64,000 nucleotides of DNA, from assembly GCA_046597605.1 (NCBI GenBank), contig JBKJKE010000132.1, positions 3,769-67,768 of the forward strand, given 5' to 3'. This DNA is from Limisphaerales bacterium. GTDB lineage: Bacteria > Verrucomicrobiota > Verrucomicrobiia > Limisphaerales > JACDHS01. The notes beneath the pieces were generated by a model. The model saw nothing but the letters and a program-made list of their open reading frames with translations, was not told where the DNA came from and ran no database searches. The position numbers were made by a program, and so were the translations under genes. Shown piece after piece: positions 9,696 through 19,666 of the stretch. The stretch's first letter is position 1. Each line of letters opens with the position of its first letter.

Positions 9696-10634
9696 TCAAT
9701 CCCGAAAACTACGGTGGCAGGCCGTGCACTGGCTGGATAGTTCCTTAAAAATCGCAGTTAAAGTTTGGATGGATTCGTGCGGATCGTGGGGGAATGCCAG
9801 CTGACCGCGAAGCCTGGAAGAAGTTCCTTCCGCAAGGGCCATCTGCTTGATGAACTCAGGTTCACGCTTTTGAGTATCTGGAGTGCGAAGCAGTTCGCGG
9901 AATGCTTCTTCCAGCATGAGAGCTTCGTGTGCGGGATCGATATCTGGATGAGACGGGGGTGCTTTGAATCCGGCATCCTTCACCAGCTTTAGATGCTCCA
10001 TGCGCTCATCGATCAGCACCATCGCATCTACCATTGGCGATACTTCAACCTTTTCAGGGAAATGGGAAGACTCCTTCTGCAATGCCTCCTCGGATGGTAA
10101 TCGAAGCATTTGAATAGTTCGAAAAAGACCAGTGTAGTGTGTTGCTGTCCCGGCTGTTTTCATCCAGAGGAGGGCTTTGTCTTTATCCCATGATTCGTTC
10201 CCCATGCAGAGGACCGCTGCTGCGGTGGGACCACGATGCTGACCGTGGTGACAATGAATGTAGATGGGATGGGGGAAAATTCTGGCTGCCTTTATCAGTC
10301 GTAGTTGCTGCTCGGGCGTGATGCCATCGTATCCGACAGGAATGTGAATGTATTTCATTCCTAACGCCCGGGCGAGATCAGCGTCTGGTTTTGCACCATC
10401 CACGCTGATCAGCGTTTTTACGCTGAGTTTCTGGAGATGTTTCAGATCATTTGTGGATTCCGGAGAGGAACCGGAGAAAATGCGGTCACTGAGGCGAAAA
10501 ACATTTTCAAATCCTTGGACCTGAAGTTTTTCCATTGGAGTGGACTTCGAAGCAGGAACTGGCTTTTCGTTTCCCAGGGCGGAGGATGTGATCAACAGAG
10601 CGAGGCCGAACCAACTGAATCGGCGGAATTTCAT
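9696..10634 (-). CDS. Secreted CX5R phosphatase/sulfurtransferase-like domain fused to a C-terminal class II (c'-like) cytochrome c
   Basis: Signal peptide MKFRRFSWFGLALLITSSALG; HCHHGQHRG (CX5R); helical C-terminal region ending in CTACHRSFRD. Confidence 0.8.
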   Translation of the reverse strand: MKFRRFSWFGLALLITSSALGNEKPVPASKSTPMEKLQVQGFENVFRLSDRIFSGSSPESTNDLKHLQKLSVKTLISVDGAKPDADLARALGMKYIHIPVGYDGITPEQQLRLIKAARIFPHPIYIHCHHGQHRGPTAAAVLCMGNESWDKDKALLWMKTAGTATHYTGLFRTIQMLRLPSEEALQKESSHFPEKVEVSPMVDAMVLIDERMEHLKLVKDAGFKAPPSHPDIDPAHEALMLEEAFRELLRTPDTQKREPEFIKQMALAEGTSSRLRGQLAFPHDPHESIQTLTAIFKELSSQCTACHRSFRD

Positions 10635-10806
10635 TAAATAGTCCCTAACATCCACGAGGGAGGGTGCCTCTAAGTGATTGTAACGAAAAGGCAAAATGCA
10701 ACAGACGCCGAGCTATGTCTCGATAAACATTGGTGAAGAGGAGACCGGCCGCAATTGCTTTGCTTTCCGTACTGGCAACCCCTATAAGGACGACAGAACA
10801 ACCGAA

Positions 10807-13023
10807 ATGATGTTAAGCTCCGGGGCCAGCCAAACTTTCCGCAGGTTAGCGTTTCTTACACTCACACTGTTCCTGTTTCTTTTTCGAGATCTGCCCAAAG
10901 CAGAGGGTGCCTTGCAGTTTGATGTCTTTGCCGGCTTCGACAGCTATGTCCGGGAAGGCGATTGGTATCCCATCACGTTTGAAGTCAACAACGATGGTCC
11001 AAGCTTTCGCGCTTATATAGAGATTTCTTCTGCTCAGTTTAATCGTTCTCAAGGACGCCGCATTCAAGTTGATCTGCCGACGGGTACCTTGAAACGAATT
11101 TCAATCCCGGTCTTCGCCGCATCGCGTCATGGCTTAATGGAAGCCCGCCTTATTGATGAAAAAGGGAATGTGCTTGTGAAGCAGGAGTTGGATTGGCAGA
11201 AGCTGCGCTATCGTGGGGGTCAAACGGTAATCCTGGGAGCTCTTGCTCGCACCTCATCCGGGGTGCCCACCTTTCCGACGATCAAAGTTAATAATCCCGA
11301 ACTGCAACCCGCCGTGGCCCGCTGGCAGCCCGCGATCTTTCCGGATAACCCCATTTCCTTGCAGGGCATGCAAGCGCTTTATCTAAGCAGCGAACGAGCA
11401 CTCGACCTCAAGGATGCACAGATCAAAGCGCTCCTCGCCTGGTTGCAGGGTGGAGGTCATCTCATCGTGGGAGTGGAGCAAATCGGCGACGTCAACGGAA
11501 CCGCATGGCTGCGTGAAATCCTGCCGGCAAAACTGACCGAGACCAAACAAGTCGCTGCTGGTGGAGCGTTCCTGGATTGGCTGCGTGAAAAAGGGCCTGT
11601 TCCGGACAAAGACGAGAACTCCGAAACTGCTGGTTCTTCGTCGAAGAAGAAAAAAACGAGCGAGCGTCAGAATCAATCCGCAGGTGCTTTGTTTAAGGCG
11701 GCAGGAACGAATCTAGTGGCGGACCCTGAATTTGAGGGTTCTGAACTGCAGGTTGCCGTTGCCCAGGTCCGCACGGGACGTGTCATTGCCTCCGCAGGAG
11801 GAGTGCCGCTTGCCATCGAGTCCAGCTACGGTCGCGGTGAAATCACATTGCTGACGTTCAGTCCGGAGCGATTGCCTTTCACCGCCTGGAAGAATAAAGA
11901 TTGGCTCTGGGCGTTGATCGCCAAGGTCCCGGTGAGGTTCTATGAATCGACCGACTTCAATCAGTGGGGTTTCAGTTCAGACAGTGTTTTGGGAGCAATG
12001 ATCGAGAGCACGCAGGTGCGCAAGGTGCCTCTGATGGGCCTGGTAGGATTGTTAATTGTCTATCTGGTTATCATCGGGCCGGTGGATCAGTTGGTGTTGC
12101 GCCGGATGAATAAGCAAATGCTGACCTGGGTGACCTTTCCATGCTATGTGCTCCTGTTTTCGGGATTGATTTACTTCATCGGTTTCAAGCTGAGGGCAGG
12201 GGAGAGCGAGTATAGCGAACTTCATATTGTGGATGTCTTGCCGAATCAGGATAAAGCCATTCTGCGAGGGAAGACCTACGCATCGGTCTATTCTCCGGCG
12301 AATGTCCGTTACAAAATGAAAAGCGAGCAGTTTATTGCTTCGTTGCGTGGTGAGTTTCTGGCGAACTGGGGCAACGGTGAAGAAAACAGCCAGGCTCAAG
12401 TGACACATATCGGGAACCGCTTCGACGCCGAAGTGTATGTCCCGGTTTGGACGAGTCAGCTTTATGTCAACGATTGGTGGCAACCTGTTTCCGCAAATCC
12501 TCTGGTGCTGATCGAGAAGGGACCATCGCTCTTCACGGTCAGCAACAACCTTGATCGGGCGCTTAAGAACATCCGGATCTGCGTTGATGGAATCGTTCAT
12601 GAACTGGGAGAAATCCCTGCGAGCAGCAGCAAAGATTTTGATGTCGAGAAACTAAACGGTGTGCCCTTCCGCGAATTCGCCCGCAAGGAGAGCTCTCGCT
12701 TTTTGCAAGCTGCTGAGATGCGTCGTCAATCGTTCGGGTCCGAATCCAGCCGTATCAACTGGGATCTTCCCAATTCCGCGAGTGCAGCCTGCTTTCTCAC
12801 CCAGATGAGTGAAGATGAAAACTATCGTCGATTTGCATCCTACGACGGTTTGGATTTGTCTAAATTTGCGACCCAGGATTCCGTGATCCTTCTCGCGTGG
12901 GATGGCGGTAACTCATTGACCAAGCCCTTGAATCAATTCAAGGCGGCTCGGGGAGCGCAAAACACTCTCCTGCGCGTCATCATGCCCCGTCAGCTTCAAC
13001 CACAACTTTCTCGTGCAAACTGA
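10807..13023 (+). CDS. Large membrane-anchored extracytoplasmic protein associated with an ABC transporter
   Basis: Signal peptide, WLQGGGHLIV (GATase1-like segment), two central TM helices; abuts the ABC ATPase gene. The start could be 10696. Confidence 0.7.
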   Translation: MMLSSGASQTFRRLAFLTLTLFLFLFRDLPKAEGALQFDVFAGFDSYVREGDWYPITFEVNNDGPSFRAYIEISSAQFNRSQGRRIQVDLPTGTLKRISIPVFAASRHGLMEARLIDEKGNVLVKQELDWQKLRYRGGQTVILGALARTSSGVPTFPTIKVNNPELQPAVARWQPAIFPDNPISLQGMQALYLSSERALDLKDAQIKALLAWLQGGGHLIVGVEQIGDVNGTAWLREILPAKLTETKQVAAGGAFLDWLREKGPVPDKDENSETAGSSSKKKKTSERQNQSAGALFKAAGTNLVADPEFEGSELQVAVAQVRTGRVIASAGGVPLAIESSYGRGEITLLTFSPERLPFTAWKNKDWLWALIAKVPVRFYESTDFNQWGFSSDSVLGAMIESTQVRKVPLMGLVGLLIVYLVIIGPVDQLVLRRMNKQMLTWVTFPCYVLLFSGLIYFIGFKLRAGESEYSELHIVDVLPNQDKAILRGKTYASVYSPANVRYKMKSEQFIASLRGEFLANWGNGEENSQAQVTHIGNRFDAEVYVPVWTSQLYVNDWWQPVSANPLVLIEKGPSLFTVSNNLDRALKNIRICVDGIVHELGEIPASSSKDFDVEKLNGVPFREFARKESSRFLQAAEMRRQSFGSESSRINWDLPNSASAACFLTQMSEDENYRRFASYDGLDLSKFATQDSVILLAWDGGNSLTKPLNQFKAARGAQNTLLRVIMPRQLQPQLSRAN

Positions 13024-13024
13024 A

Positions 13025-13990
13025 ATGGAAACCCAAGTGCCTCCGGCAGCACCCCCGATCCCAGCCGTCCAGACCATTGGACTGACGCGTGTGTATGGCA
13101 ACATGATCGCCCTCAACGCGCTCAATCTCACAGTCAATCGAGGAGATCTCTTCGGCTTCATTGGCTCTAATGGAGCGGGCAAAACGACTTCGCTGCGAAT
13201 TCTCGCAACGTTTCTTCAGCCATCGGGCGGCAGTGCCCGTGTCCTGGGGCATGATGTAGTAAAAGAGGCGGATGCGGTTCGTCATGTCATCGGTTACATG
13301 CCCGATTTTTTCGGTGTCTACAAAGACATGGAAGTGACCGAGTATCTCGATTTCTTCGGAGCGTGTTACAAGATTCCTTCGGGTAAACGGGAAAAGACGG
13401 TGAGCGATGTGCTGGAACTTGTCGGCCTCACGGAAAAGCGAGGTGCGGTGATCGGCGCTTTAAGTCGGGGAATGCAACAGCGGCTCGGTCTGGCGCGTGT
13501 CTTGATTCACGATCCGCAATTACTCCTGCTCGATGAACCCGCGAGCGGTTTGGATCCGCGTGCTCGCATTGAAATGATGGCAATTCTCCAGGAATTGCAG
13601 CGCATGGGTAAGACCATTATCATTTCCTCGCACATCCTCAGTGAACTACAGACTCTTTGTAATCGCGTTGCGATTATTGAACGCGGCGAACTGATTTACA
13701 GCGGCCCGGTGCAAGGTGTGCGAGATCAAATGGCCGACGGCCTGGTCTACTGGGTAACCATCAAAAATGAGGCTGGTCGCGCTATTGAACTCCTGAAGAG
13801 CCGTCCGGAAATCGCCGATGCTGTCCAGATCGATGGACAGGTGAAAGTAACCTTTCGGGGACACGATGTGGATCCCTCGATTCTGCCGGAGCTTCTCGTC
13901 CAATGCGGCATCAAGTTCACCGGGCTCTGGGAAGATGAGCTAGGCCTTGAAGAGGTGTTCCTCCGGGTCACCAAGGGTGACACTCATTGA
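13025..13990 (+). CDS. ABC transporter ATP-binding protein (ABC-2/exporter type)
   Basis: GSNGAGKTT, LSRGMQQR, LLLLDEP, SSH motifs. Confidence 0.95.
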   Translation: METQVPPAAPPIPAVQTIGLTRVYGNMIALNALNLTVNRGDLFGFIGSNGAGKTTSLRILATFLQPSGGSARVLGHDVVKEADAVRHVIGYMPDFFGVYKDMEVTEYLDFFGACYKIPSGKREKTVSDVLELVGLTEKRGAVIGALSRGMQQRLGLARVLIHDPQLLLLDEPASGLDPRARIEMMAILQELQRMGKTIIISSHILSELQTLCNRVAIIERGELIYSGPVQGVRDQMADGLVYWVTIKNEAGRAIELLKSRPEIADAVQIDGQVKVTFRGHDVDPSILPELLVQCGIKFTGLWEDELGLEEVFLRVTKGDTH

Positions 13991-14018
13991 GTTCCTCGGA
14001 TCTTTGTAAGTTTTACCA

Positions 14019-15695
14019 ATGACCTTCCTCCCAATCGTCGAACGCGAACTCAGGGTTGCCTCGCGTAAACGTGGCACCTATTGGATGCGCATTGGTGGTG
14101 CAATCGGCGCGTTGTTAGTCGGTGGCTGGATCATGCTGATGATGCAAAGATTGCCCCCCCAGCAAATGGGAAAAATCATCTTCAGTGCTCTTGCAGTCCT
14201 GACCTTTATCTTTGCTGCTTGCAGTGGCATTCGCCTGACCTCCGATTGTCTGAGCGAGGAAAAACGGGATGGCACTCTCGGACTGCTCTTCCTGACCGAC
14301 CTAAAAGGTTATGACGTGGTGTTTGGGAAGCTCGCCGCCAATTCCATCGGCTGCCTTTATGCGATGCTGGCAAGCTTTCCAGTTCTCGCCATTTCACTCC
14401 TGCTCGGTGGCGTTACCTACGGGGAATTTTGGCGTGTCACGTTGGTCTCGGTGAACATCTTGTTCCTCTCCCTCAGCGTAGGAATGTTCGCCTCTTCCAT
14501 TTGCCGTGACGAACGCAAGTCGATCGGTGTTGCGTTTATCGTCATGTTGCTGGTCTGCCTGGGGCCGGTTCTCGCGGGATGGCTTTATTACTATAAACGC
14601 TCATCCCGGTTTGATGATACCTTTCTGTTGTTTACTCCAGGTTATGCCTGCTTTCTTGCGTTCGACATTGCGAATGGAGCTAAAAAGACCTTTTTTTGGA
14701 CCTGCACTGGAATGACTCACCTCTATGGTTGGTTGTTCATCTTTCTGGCATGTCGCATTGTTCCACGTTCCTGGCAGGATAAAGCGGACAGCCGACGCAA
14801 ACAGAAGACCCAGGAAGTCCTCAACGAAGTAACTCAAGGCAACGCCGCCAACAGGAATGCTTTCCGAACAAATCTACTGAATGTGAATCCATTCTATTGG
14901 CTCGCCTCACGCGATCGCATGAAACCCCGGATGCTGTGGCTTTTTTTGATCCTGACGGCGGGAGTATGGGTATGGGGAATTTCCAAGTTCAAGAACGATT
15001 GGTTCAATCCGGGCATCTATGTTGTGACCGCACTGTTTCTTCACACGATCTTGAAATATTGGCTCGCAGGGGAGGCAAGTCGCCGGTTTACGGACGATCG
15101 CCGTAGCGGCGCCCTTGAGTTGATGCTTTCCACTCCCATTTCCGTGCAGGACGTATTGCGTGGGCAGAAACTGGCCCTGGTGCGCCAGTTCCTTGGCCCT
15201 GTCCTGTGCATTGCGGTGGTTGATTTCATTTTGATGATGGCGGGACTGTCGGAGATGAGCAGCGATAAAAGCGACTGGATCCTGGTATGGATCGCTGGCA
15301 TCGGCATATTCCTCTTCGATCTTTACGCCCTGAGTTGGCTCGGCATGTGGCAGGCAATGACGAATCAGAAGGTGAATCGTGCGGCAGGTGGTGCGATTGC
15401 GAGAATCCTCTTTCTGCCGTGGCTCGCGTTTGGCCTGACCTTTGCCGTCATCGCGATCATCTCATTGTTCTCGGTGACGCGGCAGTTGGTTCCTAAGAGC
15501 AGTTATTTCGATGAAAGCTTGATCACGATTTATTGGATCGCGCTTTCCGTGGTCAATAATGTGATCTGGATCGCATACGCGAGAAAACGCCTGAACGCGC
15601 GATTTCGTGAAATCGCTACTCAACGGTTTGACGCTCCCCGTTCCTTTTGGAGCTTTGCCAAACTCAGTAAGCCGCCAGTGGTCGCGGAGCGCTGA
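14019..15695 (+). CDS. ABC transporter permease with duplicated ABC-2-like halves
   Basis: LPIVERELR start; SEEKRDGTLGLLFLTDL and DDRRSGALELMLSTP as internal repeat motifs; about 12 TM segments. Confidence 0.85.
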   Translation: MTFLPIVERELRVASRKRGTYWMRIGGAIGALLVGGWIMLMMQRLPPQQMGKIIFSALAVLTFIFAACSGIRLTSDCLSEEKRDGTLGLLFLTDLKGYDVVFGKLAANSIGCLYAMLASFPVLAISLLLGGVTYGEFWRVTLVSVNILFLSLSVGMFASSICRDERKSIGVAFIVMLLVCLGPVLAGWLYYYKRSSRFDDTFLLFTPGYACFLAFDIANGAKKTFFWTCTGMTHLYGWLFIFLACRIVPRSWQDKADSRRKQKTQEVLNEVTQGNAANRNAFRTNLLNVNPFYWLASRDRMKPRMLWLFLILTAGVWVWGISKFKNDWFNPGIYVVTALFLHTILKYWLAGEASRRFTDDRRSGALELMLSTPISVQDVLRGQKLALVRQFLGPVLCIAVVDFILMMAGLSEMSSDKSDWILVWIAGIGIFLFDLYALSWLGMWQAMTNQKVNRAAGGAIARILFLPWLAFGLTFAVIAIISLFSVTRQLVPKSSYFDESLITIYWIALSVVNNVIWIAYARKRLNARFREIATQRFDAPRSFWSFAKLSKPPVVAER

Positions 15696-15764
15696 CGTTC
15701 TCAGGTGGGTTGCTGCGCTCCTGTTTCTTGACTTTTTCATACGCGTGCCGAAACTGCGCGCCCT

Positions 15765-16094
15765 ATGGCCAATGTTCCTGCTGAATTTAGCAACGTCACC
15801 GCAATCACCAAAGCCAACGTTTATTTCGAAGGCAAAGTGGCTAGCCACACCATTCTTTTCGCAGACAAAAGTAAAAAGACTCTTGGACTCATCTATCCGG
15901 GTAAATTCCATTTCGGGACCGACAAAGCAGAAATCATGGAAATCGTCGCTGGCGAATGTTCGGTGAAGATCGATGGCCAATCGGCGGTTACGAACTACTC
16001 GGCCGACCAAAGCTTCGAAGTTCCCGCAAAGTCTGGATTCGACATCGAAGTGAAATCCGGCATCTGCCAGTACATTTGTTCGTTCATCGGCTAA
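15765..16094 (+). CDS. ppnP: Pyrimidine/purine nucleoside phosphorylase (DUF1255)
   Basis: KANVYFEGKV, KTLGLIYPG.FHFGT..AEIMEI, FEVPAKSGF, YICSF. Confidence 0.9.
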   Translation: MANVPAEFSNVTAITKANVYFEGKVASHTILFADKSKKTLGLIYPGKFHFGTDKAEIMEIVAGECSVKIDGQSAVTNYSADQSFEVPAKSGFDIEVKSGICQYICSFIG

Positions 16095-16239
16095 GTAGCC
16101 TTTCCACCTCTGCAAAAGGGAAGTGAAAAGCCTCCCGTGATTTGGCATTCGCGGTTAATCATCTTTCGCGAAATGCCTTCATACCGGCCACTTGCATTGA
16201 TCCAAAAGGCGCGCGGCACCTCATTTCCGAATCTGCGCG

Positions 16240-16420
16240 GAGGTCCCGCGCGTTAAGGAGGGTCGCCGCAGGACCTGTTTCGACATCCCGCACGCGCGGG
16301 GGGAAGTTTCAGGTCCGGAAACGAGCTCCCGCGCAGGGAAATCCAGCCTGCAAGAGCCGCCGAGAGCCTTCCCACGCGCGAATCCTTGCCGCGGGATCCG
16401 CAGTGACAAATTCGCGAGAA
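16240..16420. repeat. Highly degenerate GC-rich array with about 42-bp period
   Basis: TCCCGCGCG-like cores at 16244, 16286, 16327, 16370 and (weakly) 16411, between convergent ppnP and glpK. Confidence 0.45.
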
Positions 16421-16582
16421 AAGCTCTCAGCGAAAAAGTTGCACGAATTATAAACGAAGGTTTAGGTGCGTTGCAGAAACGGTTTTGAGAGAAAACCGTG
16501 GTTGAGGTTCCACACCGAGGCGAAAGGGGGGACGCCTCCAGGAATTCATCGTAGTCCAGAACGTGGCTCTAATTCAGTCGGG

Positions 16583-18055
16583 CTAACCTGACGCTAAATT
16601 ACTGGCCCAGTGCCTCGAACGCTGCACGGCCTCTTGCCACTTCGCATACAGTCTGTCGCGTTCAGCTGATGTCATCCTGGGCTTGAATGTTCGTTCGACC
16701 TGACGGTGTTTCATGAAATCTCCGCGATTTGCCCAGACCCCAGTGGCCAACCCGGCCAGACCTGCAGCACCCAGTGCGGTCGTTTCAATGATCTTGGGAC
16801 GCTCCACTGCGACATCGAGCATGTCCGACTGGAACTGCATCAGGAAGTTGTTGGCGCAGGCCCCGCCGTCCACCTGGAGCTTGTGCAGGCGTGCACCGGT
16901 TGCCTTGCACATCAGATTGGTCAGGTCACGGGTTTGATAGGCGAGACCCTCCAGGACTGCGCGTGCCAGATGTGCGCGGTTGGTGTTGCGAGTAATTCCA
17001 ATCAGGGTGCCGCGTGCTTCGGGATCCCAGTAAGGTGCTCCGAGGCCGGTTAGCGCCGGGACAAAGTAAACATCGTCATTACCGGAGAGGCTGTCGGCAA
17101 GAGCTTCAGTTTCGCTGGCCGTTTTCACGATGCCCAATTGATCCCGCAGCCACTGGATTGCCGCACCACCTGTAAAAACGCTTCCTTCGATGGCGTATTC
17201 AACTGTATCTCCGATCTTCCATGCGACGGTCGTGAGCAATCCTTCCTCCATGGGCCGCGATGCGCCGGTATTCATCATCATGAACAGTCCAGTCCCATAG
17301 GTATTTTTGATAATCCCCGGCTCGTAACATCCTTGTGCAAACATCGAACCTTGCTGGTCGCCGACCACACCGCAGATGGGTGCTGAAAAACCGAAAAGGG
17401 TGGGATCCAGGATGCCGATCGCGCCGGAACTTGCGTGGATGGCTGGCAGCTTCGATCGGGATACACCAAACAGTTCGAGTAAACGATCATCCCAGTCGCA
17501 CGTTTCCAAATTGAACAGCATCGTGCGCGAAGCATTGCTCACATCCGTGGCATGCAGTTTACCTCGGGTCAGATTCCAAAGAATCCAGGAATCGATGGTG
17601 CCGAAAACAGCATTCTGCGTTGCTCGAACGTTTTGGAGAAGCCATTCCATTTTGGTGGCTGAGAAATAGGGATCGCAGAGCAATCCGGTCCGTTGGCGGA
17701 TTTCAGTTTCGAGTCCCTCGCGCTTCAGTTCCGCGCAACGGCCAGATGTTCGTCGATCTTGCCAGACAATCGCATTATGGATCGGTACGCCTGTTTTCGG
17801 ATTCCATGCGACGACCGTTTCACGCTGGTTCGTCACGCCGATCGCGACGATTTGTTTTCGATCCACCTTCTGCACTGCTTCGGCGATGACCTCGCGTGTG
17901 CTTGCCCAGATCTCTGCGGCGTCGTGTTCGACCCAGCCTGACCGAGGGAAGATCTGCTTGAATTCACGATAGCTCTGCGCCACCACGTTGGTTTCACGAT
18001 CGAAGACAATCGCGCGATTTCCGGTGGTGCCGAGGTCGATGCTAAGGATCAACAT
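16583..18055 (-). CDS. glpK: Glycerol kinase
   Basis: IDLGTT, GVTNQRET, AIVWQDRRT, YFSATK, TDVSNASRT, GDQQ, KNTYGTG, GLGAPYW, VDGG. Confidence 0.96.
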   Translation of the reverse strand: MLILSIDLGTTGNRAIVFDRETNVVAQSYREFKQIFPRSGWVEHDAAEIWASTREVIAEAVQKVDRKQIVAIGVTNQRETVVAWNPKTGVPIHNAIVWQDRRTSGRCAELKREGLETEIRQRTGLLCDPYFSATKMEWLLQNVRATQNAVFGTIDSWILWNLTRGKLHATDVSNASRTMLFNLETCDWDDRLLELFGVSRSKLPAIHASSGAIGILDPTLFGFSAPICGVVGDQQGSMFAQGCYEPGIIKNTYGTGLFMMMNTGASRPMEEGLLTTVAWKIGDTVEYAIEGSVFTGGAAIQWLRDQLGIVKTASETEALADSLSGNDDVYFVPALTGLGAPYWDPEARGTLIGITRNTNRAHLARAVLEGLAYQTRDLTNLMCKATGARLHKLQVDGGACANNFLMQFQSDMLDVAVERPKIIETTALGAAGLAGLATGVWANRGDFMKHRQVERTFKPRMTSAERDRLYAKWQEAVQRSRHWASNLASG

Positions 18056-18098
18056 AAGTCGAAAGCTTCTGATTCATGCAAAGTATCTTGAGCCCTCT

Positions 18099-19547
18099 TC
18101 AATCCCTGACCACCCCGAGTAGGTTGTACGCTTCCAGTCGGTAAAGCTCGATGAACTTTGCCAGGGCCTTGGAGGGACGGCGCTTTTGCTCTTCCAGGAC
18201 GAGTGCATTTCGGAATCGGCCAAGGTCCAGATACATCTGGTATGTTCGTGGCACTTTCACTTTGCCAGCAGCAAGAGTTTGTTGTCCTTGAAACAGTTTA
18301 TCGAAATCATCCCTGCTTTTCGTCGAAGTCTGTTGTGTCTGCGTATTTATCGCCAGGTCGTAAATCGCAGAATGGATTTTCTTTAATTCTGTCTCGATCG
18401 TCTCGGATTCTTGCTGGGAAAGTTGGTTCAACAATCGGCGTTGCTCGGGAGTAACCAATTCGATTCGCCCTACCATCAGGCGAGTTACTTTGGGGTGATC
18501 CGTTATCTTCAATGGCAAAACAGCGTCGGTCCATGATTGAGGAACAAGGTAAAAAACACGGAGGCCAGCGCTCTTGAAGTAAGACAATTCCCACGTGTTC
18601 AACAGGGCGTCGGCTTCATCCCGATTCAACCCACCGCGCACGAGGGATGAGCGCAAGGTGGTCTTGAGTCGTGTCAGATTCTGCGGTGTAAAATCAGAGG
18701 GAGCAAAATCTGCCAGCGTGGTTGCAAGGAGGCCTTCTTCGCCAGATTTAAGAATCATGTCTGGCAAGGGCCGAAAGGCGACGTTCCCGTTTCGCAGAAT
18801 TTCCACGAGCCATGCGTTGTTTACCGATAGTAAAGGGGCATGCGATGCTTTTAATTGGCTGCGGAATTCCAGCTTCTTGCCCGTTTCATCGCGGGAGACG
18901 CGCAATGGGGAATCCAGATGGGCAACTCCCCGGTAAAACAGGAACTTTTCCTTCTCACCGTCTGCGCTTTGCACGGTGGCCGCCTCCACCGCGCGGGGAG
19001 AAGTCCACACATGCTCCGTGGTAACCGGTCCTTCTCCCGGCACACCAATTTTCAACTGTTTCCAGGTTAGTTTACTGGTGGTATCGCCGCTCAGCGGACC
19101 GAATTTGAAATCGTTTTCACTGAGGCCCGGAGCATCGGCTATGGCCTGCGGAAAGTATTCGCTCAGCCAGCCTCCGTGAAAGGCAACTTGAACGTCCAGT
19201 GATCGAACTGCGTGTCCTTTCGGCGGATGAAAATAGATCACAGGCGTTTCCAGGCGCATGGTGACATCAGGATGGCAGCGAGGCGCACCTTGAAAGAAGG
19301 CCGGTGGGACTTCGCTCGGCGACAATAATAAAAACCGAGCCAACCGATGGACGAAGGCCGGCACCGGTTCGTCGTCCGTATTGATGCCGCCAAGTGCGTT
19401 TCCCTCCTCATCCAGCAAGGAAGTGAAAGTTCCCCACTCATGAATCACCGTATCCTGCACGCCGAGTAGAGGTGCTGACGGGGCTAACATCAACCCTGCA
19501 AAGAAGAGCCCGACCAGAGAGTTCGACAAAATTGTCTTCCTTCGCAT
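18099..19547 (-). CDS. Secreted conserved hypothetical protein (HEWGTFT...RLETPVIYF type)
   Basis: 482-aa ORF with signal peptide; motifs IHEWGTFTS, MRLETPVIYFH, EKFLFYRG, RLMVGRIE. Confidence 0.75.
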   Translation of the reverse strand: MRRKTILSNSLVGLFFAGLMLAPSAPLLGVQDTVIHEWGTFTSLLDEEGNALGGINTDDEPVPAFVHRLARFLLLSPSEVPPAFFQGAPRCHPDVTMRLETPVIYFHPPKGHAVRSLDVQVAFHGGWLSEYFPQAIADAPGLSENDFKFGPLSGDTTSKLTWKQLKIGVPGEGPVTTEHVWTSPRAVEAATVQSADGEKEKFLFYRGVAHLDSPLRVSRDETGKKLEFRSQLKASHAPLLSVNNAWLVEILRNGNVAFRPLPDMILKSGEEGLLATTLADFAPSDFTPQNLTRLKTTLRSSLVRGGLNRDEADALLNTWELSYFKSAGLRVFYLVPQSWTDAVLPLKITDHPKVTRLMVGRIELVTPEQRRLLNQLSQQESETIETELKKIHSAIYDLAINTQTQQTSTKSRDDFDKLFQGQQTLAAGKVKVPRTYQMYLDLGRFRNALVLEEQKRRPSKALAKFIELYRLEAYNLLGVVRD

Positions 19548-19666
19548 AACGATATGAATGGGATTTACTTCAGTCTTTTACTTCACCTGTAATTTGCCCT
19601 CTTGCAGCGGGAATGAAAGGGGAGCTGCTGGTTCGTAGAGAGAATCTCTTCATTCCCCGATTCGCT

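Noticed and set aside
16142-16453. 103-aa ORF between ppnP and glpK
   Set aside because: TTG start, Arg/Ala/Ser-rich composition, and it overlies the degenerate GC-rich repeat.
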